From NCBI GenBank assembly GCA_030141605.1, contig JAQGDQ010000174.1:186001-250000 (forward strand): a stretch of 64,000 nucleotides of DNA, written 5' to 3'. Below the pieces are notes generated by a model, which worked only from the letters and a program-made list of their open reading frames with translations, was not told where the DNA came from and searched no databases. A program made the translations under genes and the position numbers. Shown here piece by piece: positions 53,001 to 59,228 of the stretch; position 1 is the first letter of the stretch, and each line of letters begins with the position of its first letter. Source of the stretch: Tubiluchus corallicola (lineage: Eukaryota; Animalia; Priapulida).

Positions 53001-55761
53001 AGGGAATTGTCACCGTGCCAACATCGTTGTCGCAACACTAGGGGGAGCTATGAGTGCATCTGTCCTCGTGGATATCGACGTTTGCCTGATCGGAAAACAT
53101 GCGTTGGTTAGAAGTATACCTTTGCTTGTAGCTGCTGGTTCTTTCGTTTGTTTGCTTTGGTACTTTAGCTTCCATTTTGTTTATTTCGCAGCATCATTTT
53201 ACGCTTATTTTGATGATTAATTTTCCTTTTTTATTCGTTTATACTTTCAAATTTCTTATTTAAATCTTTTTCTAGTCTGTGAATGATAAGCACATTAATG
53301 CTTTGCGCATTACGTGTCACTTTTATGTAATTTAATTAATCAATGTCTTTGCACTCTACAGTAATATTCATAATTATAATTACTGTTTTTACGACTTGAA
53401 ATTTCTTTTCTTTTCTCTTCTTATCTGCTAATTTTTAATAACAAAGTTGAGATTTTCTTCTTTGTTCTGATAACTTTTAATAAATGACAGTATAAGACAT
53501 GTGTATTACTTTGTATTCTTATGCAAAATTGACAGTATATTTGTCAAAAATTAAAACGGTTGTTAACTTAAATTATAATCTGTGGAATTTCAGAATGGAT
53601 TAAACTTTTTTTGTCCAGTGTTATGCTGTTGTAATTTTGCTATGTGAATTATAATTAATATAAAGCCGATAATTTCATTCGGTTATTTTAGCGTTAAAGA
53701 ACTGTATGAAACACCAAATGTTTCAAGCTTCTTGCACTGCTTTGAAAGGTGCTTTTAGCATAAACAGCTTTGCTTCAAAGTTATACATTATTTTTGCATA
53801 CATAGGTCTAGAAATGCTAGGTCCTGCTACAGTGCATAGTGTAAATGACAGTTCCGTTCAGTTTGGGCTTGACGGTTCCGTTCGACAGTCATGTCCACGC
53901 GGCTTTGTTTGGAACGCCCAGCTAGCTACCTGCCAAGGTATACTTCACACGGATTCCGGTACATCATCATGTTTTCTATGCAGACAAGTGGTACCTCCTT
54001 CCAAATTCCCCACTTTGCCTCACAATGCCATGCAAAATCCAACTTTTACACAAGGAGCAAAGAGTTCATATTGATAAAGTAGATTAGCACATTAAATTTT
54101 ATCTCGATATGTTAAAAACATAGAATTGTCTATGTTGATTGCGAAAGGAAATAAATTCTTGCAGTTAAGAACTGTATTATTTCTATAAGTTTATGACCCT
54201 GTTTGTGTGAAATTGCTTATGGCCATTGTCACTGATCATTGTTAGGGGTAAGTATCGTTACTTGCACAGAAAATGAGTCCTGTTACTACAGGCAATGTGG
54301 TGCTTAGTTATTTTTGAAAAACTAGGCTCTTGTCTGGAAAATGTTTATTTTTGTGTGAAAATTTATGTGTCATTGTTACTGCTTGTTTTCATTCTTATAT
54401 CTTGTAGTAAGCATTAAACAGCATTTAATTGTAAATGTAGAATTGTTTCAAGTTTTCTTGTTATTGTAGATTATAACGAGTGCGCATTGGATAAACGGTG
54501 CCAGTACCTCTGTGTCAACACTCATGGCAGCTATAGATGTGAGTGCCCCGAAGGATATCGTCTTAATGCAAACAAGCGCACCTGCACAGGTATGAAAATT
54601 AATCAGTATGGCTCATTTGACATTAGATTAATGAAAGTCAGATATTTTAAAAGCAGCTGTTTCTTTTTAGTTACATTGTTTCAGCGATAGTTTGAACACA
54701 TGCAGCTTTTCATTATCGCCTTATTCTTTTTTTAGTATTGTTATAGCTTGTTAGGTTGTGACAGTTTTAAACAATAAAAAACCTGATTATCAGAAGATAA
54801 TGCCTACCAGTAGTCCAAGGAACAATAGAATATTCCTTATCTTTTTGCTATAACAATGCGTGTAATGTGTAATTTTCTCGTTAATGCTGTGAACACGTAT
54901 TGGCCTTTTGAGAAGGTATTACAGTATTAAGTCTTCCCCTGTTTATACGAACTGATACTCTCATACAATTTCTATTTGTCAATTTCAGACATAAACGAGT
55001 GTCAGGAACAGCACATTGACTGCGGACCGGAGAGGATGTGTTTCAACAGGCGTGGTGACTACACTTGCGTTGACACGCCTTGCCCACGTAATTACGAACG
55101 TGATCCTGTCACAGGGTATATTTTTTTTAACAACTTAGGCCTATCATTACAATCTTTGTGTAATTTTCTTGTTTAACGTTGACAAAATTTACTGGTTCTT
55201 TTTGTGCAAAACATTTCAAGAATTTTCAAAAACTTAAATACATGCGTATTACGTGTTCTTAGTTAACTGTTAATTTCTGTCCATATTTTCTATTTCATGA
55301 TAAGCTATCTATTTACCTGCAATGCTGCTAAATTACCCGTCATTATTTGATTGTACCAGTAATACATTGTTTTATTACACAGGTTTTGTCGATTAGAGTG
55401 TGCACTAAGCGAAATTCCGTGCCCGCCCGGTGCTTCATACGCCGAGTATTTGGCCTTCAAATTTGTTTCTCTTCCAAGTGGTATTCGCGGTGGTCAGGAC
55501 CTCGTAAGATTAGTCGCTTACGATGCATACGGGGAACACCTCGCTCAAACTACCTTCACAATTGTCGAAAACACGTCGGGTCATTCGTTTAGGTTGCGCA
55601 CCGAGAATGGCAAAGGTGTTTTGTACACGCTGCAGTCATTAGAGAACAATCAGCAGTATGAGATTAAAGTGAAGGCTGTATCATACGATAATGAGCGCTC
55701 AAATATTCTATACCAAACAAGTTTTATTGTCTACATATATGTGTCAGCTCATCCATTTTAA
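668..55761 (+). CDS. HMCN1: Hemicentin-1-like (fibulin-6) gene, 5'-partial, 62 coding exons in window (~3,326 aa): 23 Ig, 6 TSP1, G2F, ~9 cbEGF, fibulin C-terminal domain
   Basis: Exons traced by AG/GT and phase give one uninterrupted frame (9,983 nt in total) ending in TAA at 55759-55761. Domain order Ig(n)-TSP1x6-G2F-cbEGF-FC and the C-terminus (...QDLVRLVAY...[16 protein letters not shown]) match hemicentin-1 as I recall it. Confidence 0.95.
925..1390 (+). repeat. 40-bp tandem repeat (~11.5 copies) made of the exon 3' end plus the splice donor
   Basis: Unit acatttaatcttgatgttttag|gtgagaattgttgtagat starting at 925, 965, ... 1365. Confidence 0.95.
1710..1991 (+). CDS. HMCN1: hemicentin exon, Ig 2
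   Basis: [29 protein letters not shown]; 282 nt, phase 1-1. Confidence 0.93.
2768..3043 (+). CDS. HMCN1: hemicentin exon, Ig 3
   Basis: [29 protein letters not shown]; 276 nt. Confidence 0.93.
3445..3641 (+). CDS. HMCN1: hemicentin exon, Ig 4 N-part
   Basis: [32 protein letters not shown]|gtacta; phase 1-0. Confidence 0.9.
3816..3897 (+). CDS. HMCN1: hemicentin exon, Ig 4 C-part
   Basis: [27 protein letters not shown]; phase 0-1. Confidence 0.92.
4556..4689 (+). CDS. HMCN1: hemicentin exon, Ig 5 N-part
   Basis: [29 protein letters not shown]|gtaaac. Confidence 0.91.
5064..5641 (-). mobile_element. Degenerate non-LTR retrotransposon ORF2 3' end (CR1/L2-like)
   Basis: Frameshifted peptides [32 protein letters not shown] and [15 protein letters not shown] resemble the C-terminus of such LINE ORF2s. 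Confidence 0.6.
5786..5933 (+). CDS. HMCN1: hemicentin exon, Ig 5 C-part
   Basis: [28 protein letters not shown]|gtaag. Confidence 0.91.
6002..6440. mobile_element. MITE-like element with ~48-bp inverted repeats
   Basis: aactttaccaaaatttaatttattgccgaccggtttcgaacaaactgt (6002-6049) is nearly the reverse complement of 6393-6440. Confidence 0.6.
7173..7288 (+). CDS. HMCN1: hemicentin exon, Ig 6 N-part
   Basis: [24 protein letters not shown]|gtaagt. Confidence 0.92.
7700..7859 (+). CDS. HMCN1: hemicentin exon, Ig 6 C-part
   Basis: [26 protein letters not shown]. Confidence 0.92.
7904..8288. mobile_element. PIF/Harbinger-like MITE, copy 1
   Basis: Alignable by eye to 47847-48228 and 29963-30172; degenerate TIR ..ccttTCACAGTT / AACTGTGAATAGGCTT. 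Confidence 0.7.
8496..8774 (+). CDS. HMCN1: hemicentin exon, Ig 7
   Basis: [35 protein letters not shown]; 279 nt. Confidence 0.93.
8923..9092. repeat. Compound trinucleotide microsatellite (AAT/GAT/GGT/AGT)
   Basis: Directly visible. Confidence 0.95.
9628..9768 (+). CDS. HMCN1: hemicentin exon, Ig 8 N-part
   Basis: [26 protein letters not shown]; phase 1-1. Confidence 0.91.
10139..10279 (+). CDS. HMCN1: hemicentin exon, Ig 8 C-part
   Basis: [24 protein letters not shown]|gtaagt. Confidence 0.91.
11266..11441 (+). CDS. HMCN1: hemicentin exon, Ig 9 N-part (probable GC donor)
   Basis: [33 protein letters not shown]|gcaagt; 3' boundary inferred from phase of the next exon. Confidence 0.75.
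11958..12184 (+). CDS. HMCN1: hemicentin non-Ig insert exon inside Ig 9 (Pro/Ser-rich, RLKR furin motif, RGD)
   Basis: ttttcag|CAAGTT...ACTAG|gtattt; open, GC-richer than flanks, phase 0-2 links to the phase-2 start of exon 13037. Confidence 0.75.
13037..13149 (+). CDS. HMCN1: hemicentin exon, Ig 9 C-part
   Basis: (R)[30 protein letters not shown]|gtaagt; phase 2-1. Confidence 0.88.
14015..14299 (+). CDS. HMCN1: hemicentin exon, Ig 10
   Basis: [36 protein letters not shown]; 285 nt. Confidence 0.93.
14467..14625. repeat. 82-bp tandem duplication (2 copies)
   Basis: ttaaagtttttgttaaatat.. at 14467 and 14549. Confidence 0.85.
15522..15670 (+). CDS. HMCN1: hemicentin exon, Ig 11 N-part
   Basis: [28 protein letters not shown]|gtgcta. 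Confidence 0.9.
16092..16215 (+). CDS. HMCN1: hemicentin exon, Ig 11 C-part
   Basis: [24 protein letters not shown]|gtaagt. Confidence 0.91.
16317..16485 (+). CDS. HMCN1: hemicentin exon, Ig 12 N-part
   Basis: [26 protein letters not shown]; phase 1-2. Confidence 0.9.
17042..17157 (+). CDS. HMCN1: hemicentin exon, Ig 12 C-part
   Basis: [21 protein letters not shown]; phase 2-1. Confidence 0.88.
17354..17521 (+). CDS. HMCN1: hemicentin exon, Ig 13 N-part
   Basis: [26 protein letters not shown]. Confidence 0.91.
18609..18728 (+). CDS. HMCN1: hemicentin exon, Ig 13 C-part
   Basis: [22 protein letters not shown]. Confidence 0.9.
18879..19059 (+). CDS. HMCN1: hemicentin exon, Ig 14 N-part
   Basis: [24 protein letters not shown]; phase 1-2. 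Confidence 0.9.
19189..19270. repeat. (AAT)n microsatellite
   Basis: Directly visible. Confidence 0.95.
19313..19726. mobile_element. piggyBac-like non-autonomous element (TTAA-flanked)
   Basis: TTAA|CTCCATCAGGA ... TCCCAAAGGAG|TTAA; second copy at 25784. Confidence 0.65.
19800..19903 (-). mobile_element. tRNA-derived SINE remnant (MetaSINE-like)
   Basis: Minus strand A-box-like tagcttaatga, B-box-like ggttcaatt, then gtcataccaaaga. Confidence 0.5.
20099..20202 (+). CDS. HMCN1: hemicentin exon, Ig 14 C-part
   Basis: [24 protein letters not shown]; phase 2-1. Confidence 0.9.
20461..21064 (+). repeat. 102-bp tandem repeat (~6 copies) made of branchpoint + acceptor + exon start
   Basis: Unit tatactaacttg...ttttacag|ttccaccagtaattac...gttccagtt; AG ends at 20515, 20614, 20711, 20813, 20915, 21017. 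Confidence 0.95.
21018..21136 (+). CDS. HMCN1: hemicentin exon, Ig 15 N-part (minimal form; in-frame upstream starts possible at 20712, 20814, 20916)
   Basis: [26 protein letters not shown]|gtgagt; 5' boundary ambiguous because of the acceptor array. Confidence 0.8.
21478..21536. repeat. (GT)n/(GCGT)n microsatellite
   Basis: Directly visible. Confidence 0.95.
22270..22423 (+). CDS. HMCN1: hemicentin exon, Ig 15 C-part
   Basis: [22 protein letters not shown]|gtaagt. Confidence 0.91.
22854..23014 (+). CDS. HMCN1: hemicentin exon, Ig 16 N-part
   Basis: [25 protein letters not shown]|gtaagc. Confidence 0.91.
24354..24471 (+). CDS. HMCN1: hemicentin exon, Ig 16 C-part
   Basis: [22 protein letters not shown]. 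Confidence 0.91.
24807..24904 (+). CDS. HMCN1: hemicentin exon, Ig 17 N-part
   Basis: [19 protein letters not shown]|gtaaaa. Confidence 0.88.
25225..25588. mobile_element. hAT-like MITE
   Basis: TIR TAGGGGTGTGCA / TGCTCACCCCTA; degenerate 8-bp TSD ctagacgc vs ctaggcac; many TTCGAA subterminal motifs. Confidence 0.7.
25784..26135. mobile_element. Truncated second copy of the 19313 element
   Basis: TTAA|CTCCTTAAGGACCACACCATTCAAAA.. colinear with 19313-19640. Confidence 0.65.
26948..27122 (+). CDS. HMCN1: hemicentin exon, Ig 17 C-part
   Basis: [26 protein letters not shown]. Confidence 0.91.
27400..27520 (-). mobile_element. tRNA-derived SINE remnant (MetaSINE-like)
   Basis: Minus strand gagttcaat B-box then ataccaaagattttaaaaatggtacctgctgttgccctgcctgg core; same family as 19800. 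Confidence 0.55.
28031..28180 (+). CDS. HMCN1: hemicentin exon, Ig 18 N-part
   Basis: [24 protein letters not shown]. Confidence 0.91.
29157..29285 (+). CDS. HMCN1: hemicentin exon, Ig 18 C-part
   Basis: [26 protein letters not shown]|gtaagg. Confidence 0.91.
29742..29880 (+). CDS. HMCN1: hemicentin exon, Ig 19 N-part
   Basis: [26 protein letters not shown]|gtaagt. Confidence 0.91.
29963..30172. mobile_element. PIF/Harbinger-like MITE, truncated copy 2
   Basis: taagccttttcatagtgtcgttgtgtgc.. same family as 7904 and 47847. Confidence 0.65.
30252..30379 (+). CDS. HMCN1: hemicentin exon, Ig 19 C-part
   Basis: [26 protein letters not shown]. Confidence 0.91.
30488..30678 (+). CDS. HMCN1: hemicentin exon, Ig 20 N-part
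   Basis: [32 protein letters not shown]. Confidence 0.91.
31032..31113 (+). CDS. HMCN1: hemicentin exon, Ig 20 C-part
   Basis: [16 protein letters not shown]|gtaagt. Confidence 0.9.
31325..31456 (+). CDS. HMCN1: hemicentin exon, Ig 21 N-part
   Basis: [29 protein letters not shown]. Confidence 0.9.
32667..32798 (+). CDS. HMCN1: hemicentin exon, Ig 21 C-part
   Basis: [27 protein letters not shown]. Confidence 0.9.
33425..33612 (+). CDS. HMCN1: hemicentin exon, Ig 22 N-part
   Basis: [31 protein letters not shown]. Confidence 0.91.
34306..34387 (+). CDS. HMCN1: hemicentin exon, Ig 22 C-part
   Basis: [20 protein letters not shown]. Confidence 0.9.
35041..35310 (+). CDS. HMCN1: hemicentin exon, Ig 23 (last Ig)
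   Basis: [37 protein letters not shown]; 270 nt. Confidence 0.92.
35414..36007. mobile_element. piggyBac-like MITE
   Basis: TTAA|CACTTTCACTAC ... GTAGTGAATGGG|TTAA. Confidence 0.65.
36712..37072 (-). mobile_element. RTE-clade LINE 3' fragment with (GAA)n tail
   Basis: Minus strand [48 protein letters not shown], then gaagaagaag. Confidence 0.8.
37731..37901 (+). CDS. HMCN1: hemicentin exon, TSP1 repeat 1
   Basis: [29 protein letters not shown]; 171 nt, phase 1-1; this frame is not in the ORF track. Confidence 0.92.
38865..39035 (+). CDS. HMCN1: hemicentin exon, TSP1 repeat 2
   Basis: [21 protein letters not shown]; 171 nt. Confidence 0.93.
39768..39938 (+). CDS. HMCN1: hemicentin exon, TSP1 repeat 3
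   Basis: [21 protein letters not shown]; 171 nt. Confidence 0.93.
40652..40822 (+). CDS. HMCN1: hemicentin exon, TSP1 repeat 4
   Basis: [21 protein letters not shown]; 171 nt. Confidence 0.93.
40841..40941 (+). pseudogene. Partial duplicate of the TSP1-4 acceptor and exon start (pseudo-exon fragment)
   Basis: Copy of ~40592-40692 offset by 249 bp; GAG changed to TAG at 40918-40920; truncated. Confidence 0.8.
41340..41510 (+). CDS. HMCN1: hemicentin exon, TSP1 repeat 5
   Basis: [21 protein letters not shown]; 171 nt. Confidence 0.93.
42980..43150 (+). CDS. HMCN1: hemicentin exon, TSP1 repeat 6
   Basis: [21 protein letters not shown]; 171 nt. Confidence 0.93.
43308..43451 (+). CDS. HMCN1: hemicentin exon, G2F/nidogen domain part 1
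   Basis: [24 protein letters not shown]..; G.IN..EFG motif of hemicentin G2F. Confidence 0.9.
43600..43900 (+). mobile_element. Very degenerate LINE 3' remnant
   Basis: [24 protein letters not shown] resembles the same ORF2 C-terminal motif as 5064. Confidence 0.4.
44213..44350 (+). CDS. HMCN1: hemicentin exon, G2F part 2
   Basis: [39 protein letters not shown]. Confidence 0.9.
44490..44645 (+). CDS. HMCN1: hemicentin exon, G2F part 3
   Basis: [28 protein letters not shown]. Confidence 0.9.
45632..45835 (+). CDS. HMCN1: hemicentin exon, G2F part 4
   Basis: [34 protein letters not shown]. Confidence 0.9.
46313..46495 (+). CDS. HMCN1: hemicentin exon, half-EGF + cbEGF 1
   Basis: [35 protein letters not shown]. 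Confidence 0.91.
47606..47740 (+). CDS. HMCN1: hemicentin exon, cbEGF 2
   Basis: [22 protein letters not shown]. Confidence 0.92.
47847..48228. mobile_element. PIF/Harbinger-like MITE, copy 3
   Basis: TAA-GCGTTTTCACAGTT ... AACCGTGAAAAGGC-TTA; internal inverted ggtcaaaggttaagtgtacca / tggtacacttaacctttgacc. Confidence 0.72.
48478..48597 (+). CDS. HMCN1: hemicentin exon, cbEGF 3
   Basis: [25 protein letters not shown]. Confidence 0.92.
49680..49799 (+). CDS. HMCN1: hemicentin exon, cbEGF 4
   Basis: [25 protein letters not shown]. Confidence 0.92.
49923..50008. repeat. (AT)n microsatellite
   Basis: Directly visible. Confidence 0.95.
50530..50664 (+). CDS. HMCN1: hemicentin exon, cbEGF 5
   Basis: [22 protein letters not shown]. 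Confidence 0.92.
51400..51528 (+). CDS. HMCN1: hemicentin exon, cbEGF 6
   Basis: [27 protein letters not shown]. Confidence 0.92.
52200..52860. repeat. 24-bp minisatellite with alternating variants (48-bp higher-order unit)
   Basis: gaataagagaatgaacaaatcaat alternating with gaataagagaatgaacaaattatt. Confidence 0.95.
52987..53106 (+). CDS. HMCN1: hemicentin exon, cbEGF 7
   Basis: [24 protein letters not shown]; AAG acceptor. Confidence 0.9.
53806..53937 (+). CDS. HMCN1: hemicentin exon, linker + half-EGF
   Basis: [26 protein letters not shown]; phase 1-1. Confidence 0.85.
54470..54589 (+). CDS. HMCN1: hemicentin exon, cbEGF 8
   Basis: [24 protein letters not shown]. Confidence 0.92.
54989..55115 (+). 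CDS. HMCN1: hemicentin exon, cbEGF 9
   Basis: [33 protein letters not shown]; phase 1-2. Confidence 0.92.
55383..55761 (+). CDS. HMCN1: hemicentin terminal coding exon, fibulin-type C-terminal domain
   Basis: [37 protein letters not shown]; TAA 55759-55761. Confidence 0.93.
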
Positions 55762-56548
55762 GAGGCCTCGTTACTTATTCCATGCAACATGCATATTTCT
55801 GTATATTTTCTGTGGTCTTTTTTACTCATTTACTATTTAGTTGTGAGCTGCACGTGCAGTAATACGAAGTTTATTTTTAACTCCATCTGGAAATTGTGCA
55901 CTCATCTCTGTTGACTAGTAAGTTATTCTGTCGACTTTTATACACACTAGTGTTGTGATTTTTTTTTACTCACTGCAGAATGATCAACATATGTTATTGT
56001 TTTGAATTTTTGTGCATCATATGCAAATACTCATTATGCAAATACGTAATCTATGTTAATTTATAGTAAGTCATACGACTGTGTTCCTTTCAAAGCAATG
56101 CAATCGTTGATTTGTAAACATTTTGTATATTTACAGTGCAAATTGTGCATTAAATCACATAAGGATACTTATTGATTATTTCAAGCATTTTTACTGAAAA
56201 GGGAGGTGCAAAAAATCTATCTATTAACTTTTGCACAACAGATGTTTATTGATATAATATATAGCATATAATGTCATTTACACATTTCGCAATTTAACCG
56301 CAGGTCATAGTTAACATAAAATACCTCCAAAGAATATAAAAGACGTCAACAATTAATGTGCATTTTGTGTGTACAATGCTAAAACTAATGGTAGCAAATA
56401 GAGAAAAAAGCCCCTAATGAAACTTAGCAAAATTGTGAACAAGGCCACATGCAATAGCGACTACGCTCATGTGCAATAACAAGTATGGAATTGTACGCAA
56501 GCAAATTAGCCACTATCTTTATCACCGGTCATGTGACAGCAAATAATA

Positions 56549-56879
56549 CCGGGTGTTTCAAAAGTCTCACTAATTTGATTTTAATTTTTTGCAGCTAACA
56601 GACGAACAATGTTCAACTTGTAGTTTTTGAGAATTTTCTCGAATTCACCACTTGAAGTTTTGCATCAGTTTTTTCTGCTACCAGCTGACTCTAGAGCAGA
56701 GGCATAAAACTGTTGCACGGCTAGTTTTGAAGCTGCGGTCAAAGTGCAGCGATGATTCCGGACAGTCCTGACACTCTAGCCGCCAAAATTCTCACGATTT
56801 GTAAACATTGAACTAAATTGTTATTTTATCTCTTGTAATTATTTCACCAAACTTTATGACGAACTTTTAAAACACCTGA
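56549..56879. mobile_element. Tc1/mariner-like MITE between the two convergent genes
   Basis: TA|CCGGGTGTTTCAAAAG ... CTTTTAAAACACCTGA|TA. Confidence 0.6.
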
Positions 56880-59186
56880 TATATGTCACTGTTTAACAAA
56901 ATGTGTCGCTACACAAAAATTTTTTTAAAGTGCACGGTGCATGGGTAAGTAAAACCTTGAATAAAACAAAGGAACGTATTACTATAATACAGGTCATCAG
57001 AATACTGGACTTTTTAAAAATCAATACTGTCATTGCATTCACCATATTAAAAAGAGACCCTAAGAAAATTGAACTATTGAATAGAAGAAACGTCATTCCA
57101 TAAGAAAATGTGGACGCAGTAAACAGAATTGCCAAATGGGCAACTATTATTGTGGCATCAGTATGTATTAAACAACAACATTTTCATGGAAGTTTCAATT
57201 TCCCACATCCATTTGTGTTGAACAATTCTACAAAATATTTATATATCTGAATGTTGTATCAAAGATTAGTATAACTAGTCATTGTTAATACATTTAGTCA
57301 ATTATAAATGCAAAAACTCATTGAACAAGAGATTTTCAAGCAGCAACTAACAGTGCGAACCAAATGCATGCATACTCAAGAGATTTTTGCTGACCAAGTA
57401 CAGTATCAGCATCTGTGATATGCAATAAATAAATCAGTCACCCAGTTCTAATAATCATTACAAAATAATAACACACACATTAAAAAATGCCTAGTTACTA
57501 AAAACAACACCTGTTTTGATACCATCATAAATAATTATAAAATATTTTGCCTTTGATATACTGATGTAATCATTTATATTAAACAATATTTAACTAGTTA
57601 AATGAAAATGTTCCTGTTTGCTTGTGGAAATCTAAAAATAATTTCCAAAAAAATGAAAGAGAAAAGATAACCAGTCAATTATGCTATTCAATATATGAAA
57701 AAAAGACCAAGGTAGACGTTTATTCTTGGCAACTTCATTTTCAAAGAAAATCATACTAAAACAATTATAAATGCACCATCATGAACTAGTCAACAAATCA
57801 CAAGTACTTCATCACAGTTTTGAAACTCCTAAGATTTAGCCAGTACAAATGCACAGTGATGTGTAACTTGTATTACAAACCAATAATGGCCATTAGCAGT
57901 GACTCGGTGCAATTAATTCATCTTTAAGATGTTCTATCACAAGATACTATTACAGCAAGTTATACAACGTGCATGTGTGTATAAATACAAATATCGTTTA
58001 AACCCATTTTCGGCAGATAATCGTTTTCGGTAATCCAAAACGCATAATCTATCAGGGCTCTAAGCCTAATGCAATCTCAAAGTGATCTGCCAGTCAACTG
58101 CTAGAAAATGCTTGTCATTAAAAAACTGCTATAAAACAACACCACAAGTCTATAAAAACTTGATATGTAGAACACTGTAGTACTTATATAGATTTCTCAA
58201 AAAGCGAATGTCTAAAATCATCACTGTATAAATTTATTTAGAGATCGTAATTCAGCTATTATAAAGCAAGTAGCAACATTCGCTAATCTACCTACAATAG
58301 CAACTAATATGTAATGTAACAAAGTGAGTTAGTCAATTAGTAACTAACTATAGATCAGCACTCTTTTCACATGCTTAACTTGTATATATCATTTATATGT
58401 ACAAATCAGCACAAGTATATTAAATTTTTTAATACTGTGCTATCTTCCTTACTACTGTCAAGTACCTTTGTTTACCTTCACTGCAAAATCTACTTGAGGT
58501 AATTTACAACTATACAATCGATTACAATGTGACTTGATTATCTACAAGAGACTACTCAAACAGTATAGCACGCACATCGACAAAAAATCTCGTACGCGCT
58601 TAAGATAACACGTGCATTGAACGAAGTAGAATAGATATGTTTCTATGCTAAATATAATTTCAGAAAGTATTAATATGATAAACGTATACGGCAGTAACAC
58701 TGGCGAATGGACGTGTTTTGAAGATTTAAAAATGGGACAAAAACAGATTGAAAAAATAGTGAATAATAAGTGATTAAAAGCATGAAGTAACAGACACTAT
58801 GAATGATTTACTAACAGAAAATGGCACTTCAAAAATTCTCATGGGTATAAGGGTACCACCTTGCTTCAATTTCCTGCTTTGCATATTTTAAAATAATACA
58901 TTACACGTTGCACAACAAAGTCTAAAAACGAAACTGCTTACAGACTATTAATACATTATCATGGCTTTGACTGGGTATTACCGAATAAAAACAAACCCAC
59001 GTAAACAAAAAAATGAAGGATGAGTGTTATTAGCATGTGTCAAAAGTCATCACCATACAATTTCATATCAACTAATTCTTATAAAGGCACGCAGTCCAAT
59101 GAGAAATGTTTGCAGAAAGATTTCTGGAAGCAGCAGGCTCTCTATCACAATAACAACTTCAGCGAGGTCTTTTTGGCTGAACACTG

Positions 59187-59228
59187 TCAACTCTCTTCTG
59201 ATATGTCATCATCATCATCCACACTACC
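59187..59228 (-). CDS. C1orf21: C1orf21-like terminal coding exon
   Basis: ttttatag|GGT..; GSVDDDDDISEES*. Confidence 0.8.
   Translation of the reverse strand, partial: GSVDDDDDISEES

Noticed and set aside
52181-53038. Long repetitive ORFs (MNKRMNK.., LFILLF..)
   Set aside because: Products of the 24-bp minisatellite; no splice or domain support.
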